Source: a virus
Length of the DNA stretch: 64,000 nt
Reading direction: 5' to 3' (one strand)
Virus record (IMG/VR): IMGVR_UViG_3300014202_000802
Both the position numbers and the translations under genes were made by a program. Positions within the stretch are counted from its first letter, which is position 1, and each line of letters opens with the position of its first letter. Positions 1 through 8,666 of the stretch are shown here, one piece after another. The notes under the pieces are model-generated. The model saw nothing but the letters and a program-made list of their open reading frames with translations. It was not told where the DNA came from and ran no database searches.

Positions 1-518
1 TTAATGGCTCCTTCGCGCGCATCCGGAATAGTCTTTAAAGAAGCGATCACAATATCACCATCTTTGGGTGATGTTGGAGATTTATATCCGAACACAATAT
101 CACCGGGCAGAATTGTATCAGCCATACTTTCACCGGCAGCAGTCACACCAAATGGATTAATAAGTCCACGCATAAAATCTACAGTAAGAAAATGTTTTGG
201 TTCACTCCAATCCCCTACCGGCTGACCGCATATAGCAACTCCATACAGCGGGATTTCAATACCGGATTCATTCACAAGTTTTAACCCGGGGTTTTCGGGA
301 TCCTTACCATGTAAAAGCCAATCAATAGAAACTTTAAAATATTCAGACAAGGCAATAAGGGATTCAAGTCCCCATGTAGTTTTGCCGTTAATATTTCTGC
401 TTAAGGATGCTTCTGTTAACTTAGTCAGGTTTGCAAGTTTGTACCGGCTCAGGTTACTTGCTTGCATGAGGTTAAGTATCCGGTTTGTAACGTCAATATT
501 TGTAATTTTTTGAGCCAT
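1..518 (-). CDS. cI: CI/LexA-like repressor, XRE HTH + S24 peptidase (3' end truncated by window edge)
   Basis: Not in the ORF track; translated by hand from ATG at 518: MAQKITNIDVTNRILNLMQASNLSRYKLANLTKLTEASLSRNINGKTTWGLESLIALSEYFKVSIDWLLHG...IPLYGVAICGQP...AAGESMADTILPGDIV (HTH, then S24 'GESM' catalytic Ser motif). Divergent from the cro-like gene. Confidence 0.92.
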   Translation of the reverse strand, partial: MAQKITNIDVTNRILNLMQASNLSRYKLANLTKLTEASLSRNINGKTTWGLESLIALSEYFKVSIDWLLHGKDPENPGLKLVNESGIEIPLYGVAICGQPVGDWSEPKHFLTVDFMRGLINPFGVTAAGESMADTILPGDIVFGYKSPTSPKDGDIVIASLKTIPDAREGAI

Positions 519-541
519 TAAAAACAATAGTTTATGTAAAT

Positions 542-598
542 AATTACGTTGGATTAAGTAAGTATGCTTGACAACTTACGTTGAGTTAAGTATATTTG
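542..598 (+). promoter_or_regulatory. Lytic early promoter with two repressor operators
   Basis: TTGACA (568-573)-N17-TATATTTG (591-598). Operators AATTAC-N6-TTAAGT (542-559) and ACTTAC-N6-TTAAGT (574-591); the second fills the -35/-10 spacer. Confidence 0.8.
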
Positions 599-629
599 CT
601 ATAAACAGTATAAATATAATAAATAGTAT

Positions 630-857
630 ATGGCAATCAACCGCAAAAATAAGGTGGGTACAGAAAAGAAGATAAGCGCTACAAAACCAAAACACTTAAA
701 AGTCGCAACATGTGATTTGATAGATCTTATAAAAGCATCAATGCTTACCGAGCACAATGAAAATATTACAATTGATAAAGTAGTAAACGATGCATGTGTA
801 TTATATGCAGTAGAAAAAAAATTACCGATCAAGATACCGGAGCAGGAGGCAGCATAA
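630..857 (+). CDS. Cro-position small DNA-binding protein (possibly RHH-like)
   Basis: First gene of the divergent operon, 75 aa, basic N-terminus; called from position only. Confidence 0.5.
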   Translation: MAINRKNKVGTEKKISATKPKHLKVATCDLIDLIKASMLTEHNENITIDKVVNDACVLYAVEKKLPIKIPEQEAA

Positions 858-900
858 GATTTAAAACTTTCTAATTTTTTTTATACGGGGGATAACATCT

Positions 901-1128
901 ATGAAAAAAATAAAAGAAAGGACAAACAAAATGAAACACTTTTTCAGATTAAGCTTTGAGGAATTGATTAACCACAAAGAAAAAAAGCATCACCGTATCA
1001 GAGGGAATCACAAGTTTAAAGTAGCAGAAATAAAAAAGGCAATCAGTTTCGGGAAAGATTTACAAGCAGCTCAAAGGTTCAGGTTCAACAATAGGAAAAA
1101 AAAATTAATCTTAATAGGAATGAGATGA
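901..1128 (+). CDS. Hypothetical basic protein
   Basis: 75-aa ORF whose stop overlaps the next start; true start may be 931. Confidence 0.5.
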   Translation: MKKIKERTNKMKHFFRLSFEELINHKEKKHHRIRGNHKFKVAEIKKAISFGKDLQAAQRFRFNNRKKKLILIGMR

Positions 1129-1499
1129 TAACAACTAACCAATCCAGCACACACACATTAACAGAGCTTCGCAGGGAGTTAAAAGAGCTTGAAGCAAAAT
1201 CGTCAATGCTCACAACCAAAGATCTAACACTTATCGGTTTTGATGGATTTCAGTTCCAGATTGACGATAAGTATTACCTCCGGGACCGGATATATTTTAC
1301 ATGTTTTGGCGGCCTGTACTTCATAATGTATGATGCTCATGAGCTTGCCGAGAAAAGCCGGGTAAGGGATTATCATGAATTAACAATTACTCACCTGCTT
1401 GATGAGATAATCGCAAACCGCATTGAATGGAATTCGTTTGATAACTGGTCAGAAGATGAGTTTGAAGAATTTAAAGTAACAGCAAAAATAGATCAATAA
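1125..1499 (+). CDS. Hypothetical protein
   Basis: 124-aa ORF, translationally coupled to the previous gene. Confidence 0.65.
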   Translation: MITTNQSSTHTLTELRRELKELEAKSSMLTTKDLTLIGFDGFQFQIDDKYYLRDRIYFTCFGGLYFIMYDAHELAEKSRVRDYHELTITHLLDEIIANRIEWNSFDNWSEDEFEEFKVTAKIDQ

Positions 1500-1528
1500 A
1501 CTAATACAGAAAGGTTAACAAAGACCCC

Positions 1529-2773
1529 ATGGAACCAAAAGTAAATAACCAGGCGGAAAACAACACCGCTATAAAGAAGTGGGAAGAAAAGAACCCGCTT
1601 GAAAGGCGCAACACTCTTGAAGAAACGCTCAAGAGGAATTCAGAGCAAATGGCAATGGTACTGCCAAACCATTTCACAGTCGGTAAGCTTATAGGCACAG
1701 TGATGATGGCCATAGTAAGGAACCCGAAAATCCTTGAATGCACCCAGGTATCTATATTAGGCGCAATATGGGAAGCTGCACAGATAGGGCTCAGCCCGAA
1801 TGGCTTACTTGGCGAAGGCTCACTTGTCCCCTATAACAACAGCAAAAAAATTAACGGTCAATGGGTAAAGGTTATGGAATGCCAATTCCTGCCTGAGTAC
1901 AGAGGCTTCATTAAACTTGCTTATAAATCACCCCTTGTAAAAACAATTGAAGCAGAAGTAGTTTACGAAAAAGATGAATTCCGTTACAATAAAGGATTAC
2001 ATCCTGATCTTTACCATGTCCCGATACTCGAACCGGACCGGGGAGAAATCACATATGCGTATTGCGTTGTACATCTGCACAACGGGGGTTTTTTATTTGA
2101 TGTAATGAGCAGGAATCAGATAGATACAATCCGTTTATGCAGCCAGAACGCTAACGGACCCGCATGGAGTAAATGGTTTGCTGAAATGGCAAAGAAATCA
2201 GTAATACGCAGACAATTCAAAACGACACCGATATCAGAAGATGCAAGCAAGGCGGTATCACTGAGCGAACGTGCTGAAATATTAAATCAGCCGCAGCGCA
2301 ATGAGCTTGAACTTATTAACAAGACAGTATTCACGGAAGTCATAGAGCAGGAAATAGATCCGAGTGAAATCTATGATGCTGATTATGAAGAAACGAATCA
2401 GGACGAAGAACCGCCACCTGTAAAAACTAAGGCTGAAAGCGCAATGGATGAGGCTGTTCAGCATGTAAAGAAAAACGGCAACGGCGGTAAAAACGGCAAT
2501 GGAAACGGCAACGGTAATGGCGGCCAGGTTAAAGCGGCTGTTACTGCTGATGTACCGAAGGAAATAGCGGGCAAAAAGCCTGCAGTAGAAATGGATGATG
2601 AAGAAAAATATATCGAAACCCAAAGATGTATAAATGATATAGAACTTTTTGCAGGGCTTCTTGCGGAGCAGCGCAATAAAAAGGAAAAGGATAAAGCCGA
2701 TAAAACTGAACTTACTTTGGCTGCTTATAAGCTTCGTTACAGGCAGCTTACCGGGAAAGGATATGGTGAATAA
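1529..2773 (+). CDS. recT: RecT-family ssDNA annealing protein with long acidic/low-complexity C-terminal tail
   Basis: Motifs 'SILGAIWEAAQIGLSPN..LGEGSLVPY', 'YRGFIKLAYKS', 'EMAKKSVIRRQFKTTPIS'. Confidence 0.92.
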   Translation: MEPKVNNQAENNTAIKKWEEKNPLERRNTLEETLKRNSEQMAMVLPNHFTVGKLIGTVMMAIVRNPKILECTQVSILGAIWEAAQIGLSPNGLLGEGSLVPYNNSKKINGQWVKVMECQFLPEYRGFIKLAYKSPLVKTIEAEVVYEKDEFRYNKGLHPDLYHVPILEPDRGEITYAYCVVHLHNGGFLFDVMSRNQIDTIRLCSQNANGPAWSKWFAEMAKKSVIRRQFKTTPISEDASKAVSLSERAEILNQPQRNELELINKTVFTEVIEQEIDPSEIYDADYEETNQDEEPPPVKTKAESAMDEAVQHVKKNGNGGKNGNGNGNGNGGQVKAAVTADVPKEIAGKKPAVEMDDEEKYIETQRCINDIELFAGLLAEQRNKKEKDKADKTELTLAAYKLRYRQLTGKGYGE

Positions 2774-2774
2774 G

Positions 2775-3896
2775 ATGAACAGTAAGCTAAAATTAGTATC
2801 AACGCTTAACATGACGAAGGAACAATGGCTGAATCACCGTATGAACGGCATAGGCGGCTCTGAGATCGGGACAATCCTTGGTGTGAATCCATACCAATCA
2901 AATGTAGAGCTATTCTACAGGAAGCTTGGTGAGATACCCGAGCAGCCGGATAATATTCATATGTTCTGGGGCCGTGAGAACGAGGAAGTGATTGCTGATA
3001 AATGGCAGTATTACGACCCGAATGATAAAGATCCGGAAAATTACATATGGAATAAGACCGAAGGCAAGATCATCCGGAAGTGCCATAAGGTGAATGCATA
3101 TATCGAGAATCCGGATATACCGAATGCATTCGCATCGATCGACAGGAAGATAACCAAGGGGACCAAAGGTATTGAAGGCATCCTTGAATGCAAGGCGATA
3201 GGCACATATGCTTCAAAGATATGGAAAGAGGGAATACCGCCGCAGTATTTGTTCCAGATACAGTTTTACCTGATGGTTACTGAATTGCTTTATGGTGAGC
3301 TTGCAACACTGAAGGACGGCAAGTTTTTCGAGGTACTGCCATTTGAGAGGAACGAAGCTGTAATTGATCTTATCAAAGAGAACGTGAAGGTATTTTGGGA
3401 TCTGGTTACAAGGGCGCGTATCCTGAAGCAGGAAGGCAAGCCATACGAACATCTTGAGCCATCTGCAAACAACCAGGAAGCTTACAAAGAGTTCCTGAAG
3501 TTGAAATACAAAGCCGAGCCTAAGACAATAGCCCCGAATGCGTATTACTTCAATGTTGCGGAAAATCTACAGGTAGTAAAAGCTCACATAAAGCTGCTTG
3601 AAGAAAAGAAAACAGCGCTTGAAAACGAAATAAAGAGCCATTTCAAAGAGGCTGATGAAATGGATTTCGGCAAGACATCGGGCAAGATCACCTGGAAGGA
3701 GCAGAAGGGTAAACAAATAGTCAACACGAACTTACTGCTTGAAGAACATCCGGAGCTTTATGACAGGTATGTAGGTGAAAGTGACCCGTATAGAGTGCTC
3801 AGGATAAGTATAAAGAGTCCCAAGGTAGAAGCGGCGAAGAAATTAACTTTAAGTCAGGCTGAAAATGCAATGGAAGAAGGGTCAAAGGCGGCGTGA
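2775..3896 (+). CDS. yqaJ: YqaJ-like viral recombinase exonuclease
   Basis: 'WLNHRMNGIGGSEIGTILGVNPY', 'ASIDR', 'ILECK', 'YLFQIQFYLMVT'; adjacent to recT. Alternative start 2763. Confidence 0.92.
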   Translation: MNSKLKLVSTLNMTKEQWLNHRMNGIGGSEIGTILGVNPYQSNVELFYRKLGEIPEQPDNIHMFWGRENEEVIADKWQYYDPNDKDPENYIWNKTEGKIIRKCHKVNAYIENPDIPNAFASIDRKITKGTKGIEGILECKAIGTYASKIWKEGIPPQYLFQIQFYLMVTELLYGELATLKDGKFFEVLPFERNEAVIDLIKENVKVFWDLVTRARILKQEGKPYEHLEPSANNQEAYKEFLKLKYKAEPKTIAPNAYYFNVAENLQVVKAHIKLLEEKKTALENEIKSHFKEADEMDFGKTSGKITWKEQKGKQIVNTNLLLEEHPELYDRYVGESDPYRVLRISIKSPKVEAAKKLTLSQAENAMEEGSKAA

Positions 3897-5173
3897 TGGA
3901 AAACATTGTAATAGAACATAAGGATATATCACCGGAACATCTTGCGTACCTAAAGGAGCACCCTGAAGATGCAGCCAAGGCGATCAACATCGGTGTAATG
4001 GTGATAATGCAGGTACAGGCAAGCCGTGATATGGATTTTGTTAAGCATGAAGTTGAGAAATTAACCCTGAATCTTGAAAATTCAGTCACGGTTTTAACGG
4101 CCAATGCCGGGAAGATTATCGATGAAGTAATATCTAAAAAGATAGATGCTAATTTCAATCCTGATATTCCCGGTTCTTATCCTGTAAAGTTCGGTAGTTT
4201 TCTGAACGAAAAAACAGCAACTCTTACAGAAACCGTAAAAAATAAGACAGCGGAAATAAACGATCTTATCCGCAGGGTTGAGGAAAACACATCAGAGAAA
4301 GACGGTTCATTGCTTGGCAGGTTAAAGTTATCGGTTCAGGAAACGCAGGAATTTTTATCTAAGGAATTTGATCCGACGAACACCAATAGCTATACTTTCA
4401 AATTAAAGGAAGGTATAACTGTGTATATCGGTGAACTGGATACAAAGCTTGAAACGAAGATACGCGCGGAAATGAGTGAGGCATTAAAGCCGCTGATGGA
4501 GCAGTTCATCAGTTTGCGTGAAGTAATATCGAAAGAAGAAGGCAAGGAAGAAATATTTGAAAAGACTGCCATAAAAGGATTTGAGTTTGAAACGGTGATG
4601 ATGGAAAAGCTTGGTAACATTGCGGCATCATTCGGTGATGTAGTTGAACAGACCGGGCTTGAAAAGGAAACAACAGGCTCCATGAAGGGTGATTTCATGT
4701 ATCAATTCAACGGGAGCAAGATCGTAATTGAAGCTAAGGATAAGCAGAGCATCCGGCAGAAGGAATCACTTGACTACATGAAAGAAGCAATGAAACACAG
4801 GGTAGCGGATTTCGGGATCCTTGTAGCGGCTGATGCTGAACAGCTTCAGAAACAGATAGGTTCATGGAATATTTACGATAAGAAGGTGATAATATGTTCA
4901 TTCGCTGATCTTGAAATGTCATTAAAGGTTGCAAGGCTACTTACTCAGTTGACATCAACCCGTGAGGAAGGTTCGGTAAACGTAGGCCTTATAGATGGTA
5001 AATGCGTGAAACTTATCCAGGACATGAAGCAGCTGACCAATATGAAGCAGAAAATAACGCTTATCAGCAATTCAACGGTAGAGGGGCTTACGAATTTGCG
5101 TGGCCAGATAGATACATTCGAGGATATAATGCTTGAGAGCATCAAAGAAATTCAGATTGAAATAAAGCAGTAA
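3893..5173 (+). CDS. Coiled-coil + PD-(D/E)XK domain protein (DUF2130/RmuC-like)
   Basis: Long helical N-terminus, then 'KGFEFE', 'KGDF', 'IVIEAKDK', 'ADFGILV'. Confidence 0.65.
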   Translation: MMENIVIEHKDISPEHLAYLKEHPEDAAKAINIGVMVIMQVQASRDMDFVKHEVEKLTLNLENSVTVLTANAGKIIDEVISKKIDANFNPDIPGSYPVKFGSFLNEKTATLTETVKNKTAEINDLIRRVEENTSEKDGSLLGRLKLSVQETQEFLSKEFDPTNTNSYTFKLKEGITVYIGELDTKLETKIRAEMSEALKPLMEQFISLREVISKEEGKEEIFEKTAIKGFEFETVMMEKLGNIAASFGDVVEQTGLEKETTGSMKGDFMYQFNGSKIVIEAKDKQSIRQKESLDYMKEAMKHRVADFGILVAADAEQLQKQIGSWNIYDKKVIICSFADLEMSLKVARLLTQLTSTREEGSVNVGLIDGKCVKLIQDMKQLTNMKQKITLISNSTVEGLTNLRGQIDTFEDIMLESIKEIQIEIKQ

Positions 5174-5267
5174 TATTTTCCTGCTGAAAGCGTAATCCAT
5201 GGGGCACGTGGTGAGAGGGACAGTACCTTTCTAAGGTGAGTAGGCAGGGAATTTAATCCATAAACCA

Positions 5268-5627
5268 ATGAGTGAACCAATAATCGTAAATGGAAAATCG
5301 AAGTTTTGGCACATGGCATTTAAGGAAATGCGCAGCAGGTGTGATACACCGCTCAGTATCGAGGATGCTGCCAAGCTCACGGCGACTGAACTCACAGTAT
5401 ATACCGGCGAACACGGCCGTAAGGCGGAGAAACCTGTAATACAAACATCACTCACCCAGGTTAGCCTTGATCAGGCAATGAAAGAAGTGCAGCAGGTCCG
5501 CAAGATTGAAGACCTGAGGACGATTTGGGAAAAGCATACACACCTTCATACGAATGAAACATTTAGGCGCGAAGTAAATACAGCTAAAGCGGTAATGGAG
5601 AGGGAGCCGGAGCTTGATCTTGAGTAA
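5268..5627 (+). CDS. Hypothetical protein
   Basis: 119-aa ORF in operon. Confidence 0.6.
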   Translation: MSEPIIVNGKSKFWHMAFKEMRSRCDTPLSIEDAAKLTATELTVYTGEHGRKAEKPVIQTSLTQVSLDQAMKEVQQVRKIEDLRTIWEKHTHLHTNETFRREVNTAKAVMEREPELDLE

Positions 5628-5847
5628 TCCGATGTTAATTGCCACTTCGCTTAAAAAAGAAACGGCTGACGATGTATTTAAAGCGGTTACGGATAGGTTT
5701 AAGGGTGTGGATTTTTCTATCATGCTTGACGGGCAATCAAAGTTGTGGAAGCTCCATGCGAAAGCCCGGGCAGGATTTGCAATAGATGCAACACTTGAAA
5801 GGTTAATAAAGACCTTTACAATGAAAATAGTAAGCAGAAACAAATGA
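5614..5847 (+). CDS. Hypothetical protein
   Basis: 77-aa ORF in operon. Confidence 0.5.
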   Translation: MILSNPMLIATSLKKETADDVFKAVTDRFKGVDFSIMLDGQSKLWKLHAKARAGFAIDATLERLIKTFTMKIVSRNK

Positions 5848-6035
5848 AAAATACCTTAGACTATTACTACAAAGCGGTGGATAACTTTGAAAAAGTGAAA
5901 GCGGAATACCGGGAATTGACGGAACAGAAGAACGTAAAGGAATCGGATCTGACGAAAAAAGAGGGTGAAGTACGTGATGCATTCGCAGCGTATGATATAA
6001 TGCAGCGGACATTTTACCCGGAGCTGATGCTATGA
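5844..6035 (+). CDS. Hypothetical coiled-coil protein
   Basis: ATGA coupling on both sides. Confidence 0.55.
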   Translation: MKNTLDYYYKAVDNFEKVKAEYRELTEQKNVKESDLTKKEGEVRDAFAAYDIMQRTFYPELML

Positions 6036-6232
6036 GAGAGCGGAGTATTCACATTCATATCCGCAGGTTAATAGGCAGCTGTAATAATCCGCCGGGTTTA
6101 AGATTCATAGAGAACGAAATAAAATTTAATGCCGAGGATATAAGAATAGCGTTAAACGAGCTTATCGATGCCGGTGATGTTGAAATGATAGAAGTTGACA
6201 ACGCAATTAAATATAAATTAACGGAAGTATAG
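6032..6232 (+). CDS. Small winged-helix-like protein
   Basis: 'EDIRIALNELIDAGDVEMIEVDNAIKY' resembles a wHTH recognition helix and wing. Confidence 0.45.
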   Translation: MRERSIHIHIRRLIGSCNNPPGLRFIENEIKFNAEDIRIALNELIDAGDVEMIEVDNAIKYKLTEV

Positions 6233-6236
6233 GGAA

Positions 6237-6431
6237 ATGAGTAATATAGATTTAGGCGATGTAAAAGATATTGATATTGATTGGCAATCATTTGCAAAAA
6301 GAATTGAACGGTTTTCTATGACAACAACCTTTCAAAAGGGTGTACGGCTACAGGTGTTATTTGATCGCAAAACTGCCACTAAGTTGAAAAACCAATTGAC
6401 AAAATTATTGGATAAAAAGTCAAAGGTATGA
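6237..6431 (+). CDS. Hypothetical protein
   Basis: 64-aa ORF in operon. Confidence 0.5.
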   Translation: MSNIDLGDVKDIDIDWQSFAKRIERFSMTTTFQKGVRLQVLFDRKTATKLKNQLTKLLDKKSKV

Positions 6432-6613
6432 ATAAATTCAACATCATATTCTTAACCCCGATCGCTATAGGTATAATTATAATGCTGTTTAAAATGTACC
6501 TGCAATATCGGAAAAGGTATCGCAAGGAGCATTTAGATTCATGGCGGAAGTTTAAAAACAGATGGAGTTTAAGACCGGGCAAAGAGATTTGTAAACGGGT
6601 TTACAGGTATTAA
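6428..6613 (+). CDS. Small single-pass membrane protein
   Basis: N-terminal hydrophobic helix and basic tail. Confidence 0.5.
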   Translation: MNKFNIIFLTPIAIGIIIMLFKMYLQYRKRYRKEHLDSWRKFKNRWSLRPGKEICKRVYRY

Positions 6614-6756
6614 CCCGCCCCGAAAACGCCGAGAAAGGGCGCAGTGATTAGAATTTTTCGGATTGACTAATTCAAATTGCAGGGTTTTCTCCGTTAACCT
6701 CTTTATTGACTGGAAAACTTAACGGGGCGGGATTTTTAAAAGAAACGAACAATAAA

Positions 6757-7074
6757 ATGGGTTACTTTAGAAACTGGGCAAATTGCGAAGAATGGGCATA
6801 CAAGAACGGATACGAAGCAACCTGTGAGTTTTGCGGTGATAAAATGATTTACTCAAGCCCCAATAAAAAATATTGTTCTTGGGAAGAAAACGCTCCCTGT
6901 GCTTATGAGCGATGGAGTTCAGGCTTGTCATTACGTGGTTGGATTAATAAAGTGTGTGGTATGACTGTCAAAGAATTTATAGCAGATCAGGGAATTGATG
7001 TTTACAACAGTCTAAAAGAAGAACGCAAAAACAACAATCATATTGAATTACATCAACACGGTTATTCGTTATAA
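6757..7074 (+). CDS. Cys-rich hypothetical protein flanked by direct repeats
   Basis: ATG 6757 after A-rich leader; CxxC and further Cys residues. Confidence 0.55.
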   Translation: MGYFRNWANCEEWAYKNGYEATCEFCGDKMIYSSPNKKYCSWEENAPCAYERWSSGLSLRGWINKVCGMTVKEFIADQGIDVYNSLKEERKNNNHIELHQHGYSL

Positions 7075-7107
7075 CCGGGGCGGGATTTTAAAAGTGGATA
7101 ATATAAA

Positions 7108-7389
7108 ATGATAAAGTACGAAAAAAGACAAGCAGGCAGGCCCAAGCAGCCGCGAAAGTTAACCGGGATACAGAAAGAGATTGTGATCTTAAGCGCCCAG
7201 GGTTATTCCGCAAAAGAGATTGCCGTAAAGCAGAACAAAAGCCATCTCACCATAGGCGGACACTTCAGCTATTTGCTTAACAGATGGGGAGTTTATTCAA
7301 GGCTTTCACTACTTGTGGTGCTGATACAGAAGGGATTCATCAAGCCCGAAGAAATTGAGTTAAGGAAAAAAGCAATAATTAACAATTAA
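7108..7389 (+). CDS. LuxR-type HTH transcriptional regulator (stand-alone)
   Basis: 'LTGIQKEIVILSAQGYSAKEIAVKQNKSHLTIGGHFSYLLNRWGV'. Confidence 0.8.
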   Translation: MIKYEKRQAGRPKQPRKLTGIQKEIVILSAQGYSAKEIAVKQNKSHLTIGGHFSYLLNRWGVYSRLSLLVVLIQKGFIKPEEIELRKKAIINN

Positions 7390-7394
7390 AAACC

Positions 7395-7496
7395 ATGTTA
7401 AAACTTCAGGTACTTTTCATCATTTGTTTCATGGCAACGAGCTTTTATGTGAATATTGTAACCGAACTTGATGAATATTACACGGGGTTTACTTAA
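7395..7496 (+). CDS. 33-aa hydrophobic peptide
   Basis: Hand translation MLKLQVLFIICFMATSFYVNIVTELDEYYTGFT; below the ORF-track cutoff. Confidence 0.35.
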   Translation: MLKLQVLFIICFMATSFYVNIVTELDEYYTGFT

Positions 7497-7611
7497 GCTG
7501 CTTACTTCATTCAGTGAAATAAAAATACAGAGCTATGCCGGGTTAGCACTCAAGCCAACAATGACCGGCATAGCGAATTAAATCGGTTCAAATTCTATAG
7601 GGGAATACAAA

Positions 7612-7749
7612 ATGAAGGAAATAATATACTATCAGTGGTTAGTAGTTTTTTTGGTATTGGCGGTTGCAATCCTTACGATCGAGTATATAAGGTTACGCAG
7701 GAAATCGAAAAAAGGGAATAGTTACTCAAAATATAATGGGAACTGGTAA
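7612..7749 (+). CDS. 45-aa single-pass membrane peptide
   Basis: Hand translation MKEIIYYQWLVVFLVLAVAILTIEYIRLRRKSKKGNSYSKYNGNW; purine-rich RBS; stop abuts next GTG. Confidence 0.5.
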   Translation: MKEIIYYQWLVVFLVLAVAILTIEYIRLRRKSKKGNSYSKYNGNW

Positions 7750-8352
7750 GTGACCCAGGCTAAATTCAGACATGAGGTAATAAAGCTGAACCGCGTTAAG
7801 AACGAGGGCAGGCTTTGCTGTGAGCATTGCGGAACCGGGATAGAGTTCAGTGAAAAGGATATTGTAGCCGATCACATAGACAATAACCGGAAGAATAACG
7901 ACCCGAAAGGTAACGGTCAGGTGCTTTGCCGTAAGCATAATTTGATAAAGAATCCCCCTATGTTATTTAAAATAAAGGGAGAAGCATTAAACTGTGAGAG
8001 AGAGTGGGAGAGAGTGAGGGAGAAGCTGAAGGTTGAAACGCTTGCAATGGAAAAGAACCGCACCGGAAAGCCTGCTTTTGAAAAGTGGCTTTATAGTGAG
8101 ATGTTAAAACATAATAAACTTGGGTTAAATGATGTTATCGACAGTGGCTCTTTCGTTTCCGATATCGGGACAGATACGATAAGAACCCGGTATTTGATGC
8201 CGATGGTAAGCCGTGTAGCGTACTTGAAGATATTGAGGGAGTCCGTAACGGTGAACGATAAGGAAGTAGTGGTAGAGTATGTTGTGTGGCGTGACAGGGA
8301 GAGGTTTTTAAAAGAACGGTTTGATAAACTATTTAAGAAGTATGGTAAGTAA
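7750..8352 (+). CDS. HNH endonuclease-domain protein with C-terminal extension
   Basis: 'CCEHCG...VADHIDNNRKNND..NGQVLCRKHN' Zn-HNH motif. Confidence 0.8.
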   Translation: MTQAKFRHEVIKLNRVKNEGRLCCEHCGTGIEFSEKDIVADHIDNNRKNNDPKGNGQVLCRKHNLIKNPPMLFKIKGEALNCEREWERVREKLKVETLAMEKNRTGKPAFEKWLYSEMLKHNKLGLNDVIDSGSFVSDIGTDTIRTRYLMPMVSRVAYLKILRESVTVNDKEVVVEYVVWRDRERFLKERFDKLFKKYGK

Positions 8353-8421
8353 TATGCTTTTGACTTTGCTTTTGCAGCGAGTGAACGAAGTGAGCGAAGC
8401 TGCCTTGTTTGGGGGATTGAA

Positions 8422-8664
8422 ATGACTATCAATGAATTTGAAGCTCAGAATATTGTAATCGCTCTTGAGTTCATCGAGAAAGTATTCAATGGAAATAAAC
8501 CATGGGATTACCTTGAAAAACATGAGTTGGTTGAACTTAATCTTGATAAGTTAAGCGAAACTTGCCTAAGACAACGAAGAAGTTACATAAAATCAATTCA
8601 GCCTGTTAAGAAGAAATTTAAAGCATTGGTAAAAGAAGCCAATCAATTACTAAAAGGAGAATAA
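8422..8664 (+). CDS. Hypothetical protein
   Basis: 80-aa ORF with GGGGG RBS-like element. Confidence 0.55.
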   Translation: MTINEFEAQNIVIALEFIEKVFNGNKPWDYLEKHELVELNLDKLSETCLRQRRSYIKSIQPVKKKFKALVKEANQLLKGE

Positions 8665-8666
8665 AA

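Noticed and set aside
4-225. Plus-strand 73-aa ORF, and the many short opposite-strand ORFs in the track
   Set aside because: Shadow frames overlapping well-supported genes on the other strand (here the repressor); no RBS or motifs.
2470-2525. AACGGC-type repeat as a phase-variation tract
   Set aside because: Degenerate, in-frame, encodes an NG linker; unit changes would not shift the frame.
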